Source of the DNA: Dehalococcoidia bacterium
Lineage (GTDB): Bacteria > Chloroflexota > Dehalococcoidia > Lucifugimonadales > UBA3495
Length of the DNA: 64,000 bases
Assembly: GCA_965207865.1 (NCBI GenBank)
Contig: CBDBNP010000006.1
Span: forward strand, 843,147 to 907,146
Reading direction: 5' to 3'
Shown: positions 16,803 through 25,182 of the stretch, piece after piece
Position numbering within the stretch: position 1 is the first letter of the stretch
Layout: the number at the start of each line of letters is the position of its first letter
Translations under genes and position numbers: made by a program
Notes under the pieces: model-generated
The model's database searches: none
Seen by the model: only the letters and a program-made list of their open reading frames with translations
What the model was told of the DNA's origin: nothing

Positions 16803-19475
16803 CTATCGAATGGGTATGTTGTTGGAACCTGCGTACAGGGTCCGGCCCTGGAACTCGATGGGATCGCCCTCGCTGACGATGACGATATACGCCTCACCAA
16901 CGGTGATCTCGTCCAGGTTGTTGAACGAGGCGAGCTCAGGATCGGGATCGTAGAACTCCCACATCTGGGTCGCGCCGATCAGATACCAGACACGCTCCAG
17001 GCGGTCCGCAGCGATCAGGTCAGCGAACACGTCCGCGGGGGCGGTGGAGACCTGGACGACCTCAGCAACTACGGAGAAGGTCTCAGTGGCGCTGTTGTCG
17101 TCGCCGTCCTTGACCGAGACGGTGTGGCTTCCCACGCTCAGGAGAGGCACACGGACCTGGAACTCGAACGTTCCCTGCCTGTCGGTCTCCGGAGCCGGGG
17201 ACGGTAGCACGTTCTGGCCACCGACCAACACCTCGGACAGAATGGAGAAGCTCTGGAAGTTGCTACCAGAGATGGTGAGCATGCCACCAGCCTGAGCCTG
17301 CTCGGATACCGTGATCATTGCGCCGGGTGTCTTGTGGTCGGCGCTCGCCTTGATACTATCTTCGGCGCGAACCCTGACCTCCACCGAATTGGTGGCGCCG
17401 ATTCCAGCGCTGGCCGGAACCGTCAAGTTAATGTTAACAGCGCCATTGCTGTCGGCAACGCCAACGTCCTCGATCTCGTCATCGTAGAAGACCTCTACCC
17501 GATTGCTGGAAGCAAACCCGCTACCGGTTACGGTAATGGTGCTGCCAATCAGGCTCTCTGCCGGAGACACCGAGACACTGGGCTTGGGAACAGTAATCGT
17601 CCCTGATCCGATCCTTTCACCGACGTCCAGGGTGACCTTTTTCTCTCCAGTACCTATATCAAGCGGGACCTTGTAAGTGAAAGAAACCCTGCCGCTCGAG
17701 GTGGACGTCACGCTGGTATCAGTTAGGGCGACTTCGCCAAGGGACCCGAAAGTCACGCCTGTGATCTGCTTGGAATTCTCGAAACCGGAACCCCTGATCG
17801 TTACCTGCTCTCCTGGGACTGGATCCGTCGGAGAAATACTCAGGGTCAGAGGCACGATTTCGACAGTTGTCGAGAGACCGGAAACTACTCCGCTGGAGCT
17901 GATTACCTCAACGTTCTGATTCCCGACTGGCACACCAGGTGGTACCTTTACCTTGGCCTCCTTGTTGGTCGCGCCTGTCTCAACTGCCATCTTATAGCTG
18001 TTGTTGCCACCGAACCTGACCTCAGTCGGCGTCTCGCCATTGTCACTCATTGTGAGGGTCAGGGTCTGGCCCCAGGAAATGCTTTCGGGACTGACGGTCA
18101 AGCCGGAAGAGAAAGTGTATTCTGCCGTCTTCTCGGCCCTATTGCTGCCGCCGTCAAAAGCGCTGATAGTTACCTTGTCAACGCCCTCCGGCTTGGATAT
18201 GCCTGCAATTGTAACGGTAAAGGAGCCATCCGCTATGGTCGCTCCTGAGGCGATCACCACGTCGACGCCATCGTCATACTCCATGTTTGGAGTGTACGAC
18301 TCTTCGTCGACATCCGTGGTTGCCGCATCGTCAATTGTCTTGTCGATAAACACAGTGGCCGACCCGCCACTGAAGCCCTTGCCGGTTACCGTGACATCGG
18401 CACTGCTCGAACCTTTCTTTGGGTCGATTGACACGGAGCGGATGACCGACACAACATTTGCTGAGACTGTGGTCTGGTCGTCGCCAACGCCGGTCTTGGC
18501 ATTGATGAAGTACAGCCCAGCTTCAGTGGGGTTACTGATTCCCGCCGTCTGACGGATACGAACACTTACGTCAGCATCAGTTTGTACCGTTATTCCGGGA
18601 TTGCCGTCTGTGTCTCCATTCATGTCCGGCACGGTTACCCTAAGGGTCCTGCCATTCAAAAAGGCGCTGGCCGGCTCACGATTGACATTGTCCCCATTGG
18701 AAATCAGGACATCGTCGCTGGATATGCTGGAGGGCAGGCCAATGCCGCTCCCAAATTCTATGAAAAAGTCATCGCCCGAATCGAGCGCGCCAGTTTCAGC
18801 TTCGAGCTGTAACTCTATTGTAGAGCCAGCAGTATTGCTGGTCGCCGGCGAGTCATAGCTCAAACCCACGGTGTAGGTGGCCTCGGTGTGAACTGTTGCA
18901 ACAGAAGGATCGTCCCCGACTTCAATCTGAATGGACGCGGGGCCAATTCCTACAGGGAAGGCGATTGCGAATGCGGCCGCCGCTTGAAGTGCCTGGTTAG
19001 GCAATACATTTTCTGCGGCCGTTTCGTCTGCGGCAGTGGCGGTTCCGTCTGCCTTGACGGGAGCGCTGGCATCCCCTGGATCCGCTGTTGCATCATCGCC
19101 TGAATAAGCTTGCCAACCAGCAGGGGAGACACCGGTAATCAGGGTTCCAATTTCGGGCTGAATCAATAGCGTAAGCCCGGTATACGTCTTGCCCAAAGTA
19201 GGGGTTTGATACTTTTGGACCTGCGCGACAGCAGGATCATCTGTGGTAGCCGGCACAAAAGCGGTGGGGCTCAAGACCAGTGCTGTTCCTGTGCCTGCGT
19301 CAACAACACCCTCTCGGACCTCCAACTGCAAAAGACGAGCTGCGTGCGGATGCGTGGCACCATCATGCGCCCCGACGCCGGTGGCGCTGAAGACGCCCAT
19401 GGCGAAGAGGGCAGCGAGGAGCGCTGCGGCCATGAGCAGGGCAATTCCAGTGGATTTGCCTATCATTGAATTCAT
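16803..19475 (-). CDS. large secreted cell-surface protein with multiple IPT/TIG-like Ig-fold repeats
   Basis: 890 aa. Signal peptide ...GIALLMAAALLAALFAMGVFSA. Recurrent VT(V/I)xG(S/K)GF modules (VTVTGKGFSGG, VTIRGSGFENS, ITVTGSGFASS, LTISGSNFQSF). AAGGAGA SD before ATG 19475. Confidence 0.85.
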   Translation of the reverse strand: MNSMIGKSTGIALLMAAALLAALFAMGVFSATGVGAHDGATHPHAARLLQLEVREGVVDAGTGTALVLSPTAFVPATTDDPAVAQVQKYQTPTLGKTYTGLTLLIQPEIGTLITGVSPAGWQAYSGDDATADPGDASAPVKADGTATAADETAAENVLPNQALQAAAAFAIAFPVGIGPASIQIEVGDDPSVATVHTEATYTVGLSYDSPATSNTAGSTIELQLEAETGALDSGDDFFIEFGSGIGLPSSISSDDVLISNGDNVNREPASAFLNGRTLRVTVPDMNGDTDGNPGITVQTDADVSVRIRQTAGISNPTEAGLYFINAKTGVGDDQTTVSANVVSVIRSVSIDPKKGSSSADVTVTGKGFSGGSATVFIDKTIDDAATTDVDEESYTPNMEYDDGVDVVIASGATIADGSFTVTIAGISKPEGVDKVTISAFDGGSNRAEKTAEYTFSSGLTVSPESISWGQTLTLTMSDNGETPTEVRFGGNNSYKMAVETGATNKEAKVKVPPGVPVGNQNVEVISSSGVVSGLSTTVEIVPLTLSISPTDPVPGEQVTIRGSGFENSKQITGVTFGSLGEVALTDTSVTSTSSGRVSFTYKVPLDIGTGEKKVTLDVGERIGSGTITVPKPSVSVSPAESLIGSTITVTGSGFASSNRVEVFYDDEIEDVGVADSNGAVNINLTVPASAGIGATNSVEVRVRAEDSIKASADHKTPGAMITVSEQAQAGGMLTISGSNFQSFSILSEVLVGGQNVLPSPAPETDRQGTFEFQVRVPLLSVGSHTVSVKDGDDNSATETFSVVAEVVQVSTAPADVFADLIAADRLERVWYLIGATQMWEFYDPDPELASFNNLDEITVGEAYIVIVSEGDPIEFQGRTLYAGSNNIPIR

Positions 19476-20236
19476 CTGTGTTAATTCTCCTTTCGGCCGG
19501 TCCCTCGGGCGGCGGGACCATATAGGTGCCCTTGTACCGTTGGGGCCGGTTCCCGCTCCCCGCGTTTCGCGGAGTCAAGATGTGCGGGACCCCCGGTCGT
19601 GCCGGGGGATGTTCCGGGTCCAGGGCCTGTCCGGCGGCGGGCGCCTCGTGGGCTCCCCTGTGCCGGCTGGCCTGGGTTGCGCCCTCACCGTGGTTCGTGG
19701 TTCGTGGTCCGTGGTTCGACAAGCTCACCATGAGCGGTTTACCGTGAACGGTTCGCCACGAGCGGTGGTGGGGCGTTGCCCTGGGGCGGTCGTGCGCGGG
19801 CTGGCGGCGGGGCCTCCTGGGCTTCCTTGTGCCAGCGGCGTCGGACTTCCTTGCGGCGGTTGCCTTTCCCCCTTGTGCCCTCGCGGATGCGGGGCCCGGG
19901 GGATGACCGGTTGATTGCCTGGTTGTTAAAGGTCTCTGTATCGATGCACTCCCGCTGCTGCCCTGCCGGGTCCCACGCGAAGCGTGGGGGCGCGGGCCGG
20001 GAATGGCGCTGCGGTCCCGCCCTTGGCGGGAGCCTGTATCACATGGGCCCGACCTCCTCTGAAATACGAATCCCCGGACACCCCGGCCGAGACCGGACTG
20101 CCGGCGCGGCTTTGTCCATTCCGGACGTAATTGTAGCTATAGAAGTATTACGCGCCCCTTACGGCGAGTCAAGGGATATACATGACGTTTTGGCGACTTT
20201 CGGCAGGTGCCTTCCCACTCCCCTCAGGGGGAGTGT

Positions 20237-20366
20237 TTCAACACAGAGGGCACAGAGAGCACAGAGGTTTTATTTTTTCTCCTCCCGGAGTTCCAGGCCA
20301 TCTCTCGCATTCCCGGCGGAGACATAAACCAAAAACCTCTGTGCTCTCTGTGCCCTCTGTGTTTAA
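20237..20366. repeat. family-A MITE-like element: 31-bp terminal inverted repeats around a ~68-bp core
   Basis: TTCAACACAGAGGGCACAGAGAGCACAGAGG (20237-20267) and CCTCTGTGCTCTCTGTGCCCTCTGTGTTTAA (20336-20366), one mismatch between arms. Confidence 0.85.
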
Positions 20367-20512
20367 CTCCCGGGGGGTGGCGGATGCGGCCGGGCATATA
20401 CACGGGAATTTACATTGCCAATAGTCGGATACTGTATTAATGTTATGGAAAGTGTTTTAAATTTGTAAAAAATACCGTGGCAAAAGATTGTTGGTTCTCC
20501 TAGACTCTTCCC

Positions 20513-20760
20513 ATGGCCCGCAATGAATACCCATCAGACCTGTCGGACGCCGAATGGCAGTCGGTTGACCCCCATGTCCCGCCGGTTGAGCCGGATGGCC
20601 CTCGCGGCCGGTATTCCCGCCGCGAGGTACTGAACGGCATCCGGTACGTCCTGCGGACCGGGAGTCCCTGGAGCAGGCTGCCCGACGACCTGCCCCCGTG
20701 GGAGGTGATCTACCGGTACTTCTGGCTCTGGCGGCGGCAGGGGGTCTGGCCCCGGATCGA
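20513..20760 (+). pseudogene. IS5-type transposase N-terminal (DUF4096-like) remnant
   Basis: MARNEYPSDLSDAEWQSVDPHVPP....GPRGRYSRREVLNGIRYVLRTGSPWSRLPDDLPPWEVIYRYFWLWRRQGVWPRI matches the conserved N-terminal module of IS5/IS4-group OrfA proteins. No DDE domain follows. It is fused in frame to the next gene only because no stop intervenes. Confidence 0.7.
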
Positions 20761-20893
20761 CAGCGACCCGCTCCCCGAGGCCTACCGGCCGCTGTGGGAC
20801 CGCAGAGGACCCGGTGCCGCATCCGGCGGCGGAGACCCGGCGAACCAAGGCCCCAGGCGACGCTTCCCCGTCATCCAGTCCCTGGTGGCATTG

Positions 20894-23536
20894 ATGTTCG
20901 TCCTGATGGGCATCGTCGCCTGCTCCTTCTTCTTCGGCTCCCCCGACGAGGACGAGAGCGAGGGAAGCGTCGCATCCCAGAGCGACGCGGCCGCTGCGCC
21001 GGGCGCGTCGGGCTTCCTCCTGGCGGTGAGCAGCGCCGCCCTGGACGAGGACGCGGGCCGGACGGCAATCACGGTAACCGCAACGCTCGACGGCGCGCCC
21101 CTGCCAACGGACAGGACCATCGCCATCACCATCGGGGCAGACGGCGACGGCGCGTCGGGCGCCGACTACGCCGCCGGGAACGTGGGGGCCATCACCATCC
21201 CCGCCGGGGAAACGTCCGGCACGACCACCCTCCACCTCACGCCCGTGGACGACAACATCCACGAGGGTGAGGGCGAGGCGCTGTCCGTCTCGGGCGCGGC
21301 AGCGGACCTGGGCACGGCCCTCGCCGAAATCCGGATCATCGACAACGACGCCGCCTCCACCGGATTCGAGCTGACCGCCAACCCCGCGTCCCTGGAGGAG
21401 GGATCGGCTCAAGCGAAAGTGTCGGTCACCGCAACCCTGAACGGCCCCGCGTTCGCGACCGACCGGGCCTTCGCCATCACCGTCGGGGCGCCCGGGGACA
21501 GCGCCACGCGCGCCGACTACACCGCAACGGGTGTCGGAGACATCATCATACCCGCCGGGGCGACCACCGGGACCGCCAGCTTCGCGCTCGCGCCCATGAA
21601 CGACGGCACCCACGAGGGCATCCCCGAGAAAATCACCATCTCGGGCAGGGCCCCGGGGCTGGGGAGAGGATCGGCTATCGTGTCCATCGTAGACATGGAC
21701 CCCCCGTCGAATGGCCTTGCCCTGTCCCTCAGCCCGGCGACACTGGACGAGGGCGCCGGCCCAACGGAGGTCTCGGTGACCGCGGCCATCAACGGCCCGG
21801 CCTCCACCACGGCCACGGCGGTCCGCCTCGAGGTTGGGGCGGCGGGCGACACCGCCTCCGCCGACGACTACACCGCGTCTGCCGCCGGGGACATCATCAT
21901 CGCCGCCGGAGCGACCACCGGCACCACCACCTTCCGGCTGACGCCCCTGGACGACCGCATCCGGGAGGGCGTCGACGAGACCATCACGGTCACGGGAAAC
22001 GCCGCCGGCCTGGGCACGGGAACGGCGACGCTCAAGATCGCGGACAACGAGGCTGCGTCGACCGGCATCCTCCTGGAGGTGAGCCCGACAATCCTGCTCG
22101 AGGAGGCGGGCTGGACCGACATCACGGCTACGGCGACGCTCAACGGCCCTGCATACCCCACTGACCAGGCGGTAACGCTCGCCCTTGGAGAGTTCGGGGA
22201 CAGCGCGGGCCCCGGTGATTACGCCAGGTCCGCCCTCGGGCACATCACCATCCCCGCCGGCCACACCTCGGGCGCAGCCTCTTTCCGGCTCCTGCCGCTG
22301 GACGACTATCTGCACGAAGATGTCATCGAGGCAGTCACCCTGTCCGGTTCATTGGCCGGCCTCGGCACCGGCTACGCGACCATCGAAATCCTGGACGATG
22401 ACGCAGCGTCGACGGAAGTCGTGGTTGATGTGAGTCCCATTTTCCTGAACGAGGGCGCGGGCCTCGTCGAGCTCACCGTCGAGGCCTGCTTCAACGGACC
22501 GGCCTTCACGTCCGACAGGGTGATCAGGCTGGGCGTCGGCGCGGAGGGCGACACCGCGGGGCCCGACGACTACACCTTTGCCGGCATCGAGGACATCGTC
22601 ATTCCGGCGGGCTCGACCTCCGGAACCGTCACTTTCCAGCTCGACCTGCACGACGATCGAGTCTACGAGGGCGGGTTCGAGAAAATCACGGTGTCAGCCA
22701 CCGATGTGGAGCTGGGAACGAGCCACGCATCACTCTACATTCTGGAGGACGACACGCCGACGACCGGCATCAAGCTGTCCATTTCCCCGAGTGTTCTGGA
22801 CGAGGACGCAGGGCAAACTGAACTCACGGTGACGGCTGAACTGAACGGCTCGGCCTTCCTCGTCGACAAGCACCTGACCCTCAGCGTGGGGACTTCCGGC
22901 GACAGCGCGAGTACCGACGACTATGGCGTGGTCAACGTACAGGGCATCACGATTTCCGCGGGAGAGACTTCGGGGACGACCACGTTCCAGCTCACCCCGT
23001 TTGACGACTCAAGTGCTGAGCGCACCATAGAAACGCTCACCGTATCGGTCCAGGGGGAGGGTCTGGGTTCAGCGTCGGCGAGGATCAGCATTAGAGACAA
23101 CGAGAAACCCGTAGTGATCCGGACTCCGACCATCAACATATTCACCGGAGGCGGCGGAGGCGGAGGCGGCGGTGGGAGCGGTGGTGGCGGCGGCGGCGGA
23201 GGCGGGGGTGGTGGCGGTTCGTCTCAGTCGGGTAACACGCGGTCGGATGATAACTCTAACCCTCCACGGTCACCGTCTCCGCCCGTGCAAAGGTCTGTGG
23301 ATCCACCAACGCAGTCGGACACTCAGCAGCAGCCGACCCGGCTTTACTGGCCATCCTCCCCGGTCATCTGCGATTACAATCCGGACACCGGTAGATCGGT
23401 GTGCACTGTGAATAAGAAAAAGGACGGGACGAATGATTGGGCGGAATGGATAGACATATTTGGATGCCGCTATCCCCTTCCACAGGATAGCCGGCTAAAG
23501 AAGCCTGAAATGGACTATATCACCAGCCGGTGCTAA
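20894..23536 (+). CDS. Calx-beta repeat lipoprotein with poly-Gly linker and Cys-containing C-terminal domain
   Basis: Internal ATG 20894 gives MFVLMGIVAC (lipobox-like IVAC). Six ~115-aa repeats follow the pattern L(D/E)E(D/G)AG...V(S/T)VTA.LNGPA...D......(V/I)G..GD(S/T)A...DY......I.IPAG.TSGT..F.L.P.DD...EG.E. Then G9-S-G13 and a 4-Cys tail. Confidence 0.75.
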   Translation: MFVLMGIVACSFFFGSPDEDESEGSVASQSDAAAAPGASGFLLAVSSAALDEDAGRTAITVTATLDGAPLPTDRTIAITIGADGDGASGADYAAGNVGAITIPAGETSGTTTLHLTPVDDNIHEGEGEALSVSGAAADLGTALAEIRIIDNDAASTGFELTANPASLEEGSAQAKVSVTATLNGPAFATDRAFAITVGAPGDSATRADYTATGVGDIIIPAGATTGTASFALAPMNDGTHEGIPEKITISGRAPGLGRGSAIVSIVDMDPPSNGLALSLSPATLDEGAGPTEVSVTAAINGPASTTATAVRLEVGAAGDTASADDYTASAAGDIIIAAGATTGTTTFRLTPLDDRIREGVDETITVTGNAAGLGTGTATLKIADNEAASTGILLEVSPTILLEEAGWTDITATATLNGPAYPTDQAVTLALGEFGDSAGPGDYARSALGHITIPAGHTSGAASFRLLPLDDYLHEDVIEAVTLSGSLAGLGTGYATIEILDDDAASTEVVVDVSPIFLNEGAGLVELTVEACFNGPAFTSDRVIRLGVGAEGDTAGPDDYTFAGIEDIVIPAGSTSGTVTFQLDLHDDRVYEGGFEKITVSATDVELGTSHASLYILEDDTPTTGIKLSISPSVLDEDAGQTELTVTAELNGSAFLVDKHLTLSVGTSGDSASTDDYGVVNVQGITISAGETSGTTTFQLTPFDDSSAERTIETLTVSVQGEGLGSASARISIRDNEKPVVIRTPTINIFTGGGGGGGGGGSGGGGGGGGGGGGGSSQSGNTRSDDNSNPPRSPSPPVQRSVDPPTQSDTQQQPTRLYWPSSPVICDYNPDTGRSVCTVNKKKDGTNDWAEWIDIFGCRYPLPQDSRLKKPEMDYITSRC

Positions 23537-23754
23537 TAGTCAGACCATCATGGCGCTTCCCCTTTCCCGGCAATGATGAAAGTACAGCGTTGGGTCAAAT
23601 CAGGAAGGGCCAGTGCAGGAGAGACGGAGCTTGGTTCGGGTGTCCACGGCGGACAAGCACCAGCCAATGGCGGCTGCCACCCAGTTGCGCCCTGAGACAC
23701 GGGCGATTGCGGCCCTTTCCGGGCTGTCTCCGTCAGGTTCGCCTTCCGCGCGGA

Positions 23755-24365
23755 CAGGCCTGAACCAGCAAGCCAGCGCTGCATTCGCAGATCCTCATAG
23801 GGCGAGTTCAGACATGTCCGGTTCCGCTGCGGTTCACACCTCCATTCGAAGCAATGGAAACGCAATTCCGAGGCAGGGGCAGCCCCGGAGAAGACTCTGA
23901 ATTCAGCCTCCCCCATCCCTTCGGCAGGCTCAGGGCAGGATTGAGCCAGTTGCCTTGCCTGGGGGGTGTCGTGAAACTCCAGCCGCCGCGCAATACGCCA
24001 CGCCTCCGCCCCCGGAAAGCCCCGTCACAAATACGCCTTGCAAATGGTGTTGAAATTGTCCATTACCACCCGGGCCAGCGGACATCGGGGTAGGCCTCAT
24101 ACGCGGGCCATCGCGTCTGGTGAGCAAAGTCCAGGGCAGGGCGGGGCGCCGTTACCGCCATATGCCGCCTCCTGAGGTTGTCGACGGACATCCTGGGGCT
24201 CGATGAAAAGGAACGGGGAAGCGGGCCACTCCGGCCCCGACGATGAGTGATTCCTGTGGCTATCCCGCAGGTGCGACGGCCGCTCACAAGCCTGGCATGG
24301 ACAGAGAACCAGCCGCCGGATTTAATTCTGTAATGGTCGTGGTGGAGACGACGCCACCAAGCCAA
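23755..24365 (-). pseudogene. IS630-family transposase pseudogene (DDE half, frameshifted, internal stop, 5' truncated)
   Basis: Minus-strand frames give ...VVMDNFNTICKAYL*RGFPGAEAWRIARRLEFHDTPQ..GNWLNPA..EAEFRVFSG....L......W...RN....SPYEDLRMQRWLAG. That parallels the IS630 pattern (V)LDN...H........E.......L.FH.TP.H.SWLN.AE.EFS.L. The pieces lie in three frames. Confidence 0.65.
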
Positions 24366-24453
24366 AACACGGTAATGCCACTAGAAACGGCGCCCCATAA
24401 CCCAGCTGCGAGTGTAATATTGGGAGATATCGCGCCCGCGCTGCCTGCCTACC

Positions 24454-25179
24454 ATGAATATCTCCGTCATCGTCCCTGCGTACAACGAAGAGACTGTTCT
24501 GCCTGCGACGCTCGACGCTATTGGAGCGGCGGCGGATACACTGGCCGCCAACTCCCGCGCCAGCGTTGAGCTCCTGGTCGTCGACAACAACAGCACCGAC
24601 GCCACCGTCATCGTGGCCCAGGAATCCGGCGCCCAGGTGGTCCGGGAGCCGGTGCAGGGGATCGCCAGGGCCCGAAACGCCGGGGCGCGGCACGCAGAGG
24701 GAGACGTGCTCGTCTTTGTGGACGCAGACGTGTGGATGCCTCGCGATACACTATCAGCGATTCACACCGCAATGTCCGACCCGAGCTGCGTGGGCGGCGG
24801 CGTGGACGTTGAGTACCAGCCGAGGCGACGTTCGATGAGGATTTACCTGCGGGCCTGGCGACTTCTCGCGGAACGGCTCGGCATGGTCCAGGGAGCAACG
24901 CAGTTCTGCACCAAGGACGCGTTTGAGGCCATCGGCGGCTACGACCAGACGGCCTGGATCGGAGAGGACGTGGATTTCTACTGGGCGCTCGGGAAGCTGG
25001 CCCGGAAAACCGGGGGACACGTTCGACTCATACGGAATCCACGGGTGCGGGCGTCCTCGCGGCGATTTGACACCTGGCCCTTCTGGAAAACACTGATATG
25101 GACCAATCCCCTGGTCATCGCATTGCTCCGGAGGCGCAGGTGGCCCTGGGGCGGATGGTACTCTCGTCCCGTCCGGTGA
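24454..25179 (+). CDS. family 2 glycosyltransferase
   Basis: MNISVIVPAYNEE....TLD.I.........ELLVVDNNSTD.T..IA...GA.V......GIARARNAGA..A.GD.L.F.DAD is the classic GT2 N-terminus. Confidence 0.85.
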   Translation: MNISVIVPAYNEETVLPATLDAIGAAADTLAANSRASVELLVVDNNSTDATVIVAQESGAQVVREPVQGIARARNAGARHAEGDVLVFVDADVWMPRDTLSAIHTAMSDPSCVGGGVDVEYQPRRRSMRIYLRAWRLLAERLGMVQGATQFCTKDAFEAIGGYDQTAWIGEDVDFYWALGKLARKTGGHVRLIRNPRVRASSRRFDTWPFWKTLIWTNPLVIALLRRRRWPWGGWYSRPVR

Positions 25180-25182
25180 CCC

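Noticed and set aside
15866-16876. 336-aa plus-strand ORF (and 15823..16671) opposite the collagen-like gene
   Set aside because: It is the antisense reading of GGN/GCN-rich collagen codons (poly Pro/Ala). The minus-strand frame has a signal peptide, a G-X-Y array and a TM anchor.
19243-20327. Plus-strand ORFs 19243..19914 (223 aa) and 19776..20327 (183 aa) upstream of the TIG gene
   Set aside because: Arg/Gly/Pro/Cys-rich products that read through REP-like repeats and the MITE (…VSTQRAQRAQRF…). No RBS or motif. Region treated as non-coding.
20534-22315. 593-aa minus-strand ORF across the Calx-beta gene
   Set aside because: Antisense to six well-formed Calx-beta repeats. Arg/Gly/Asp low-complexity product.
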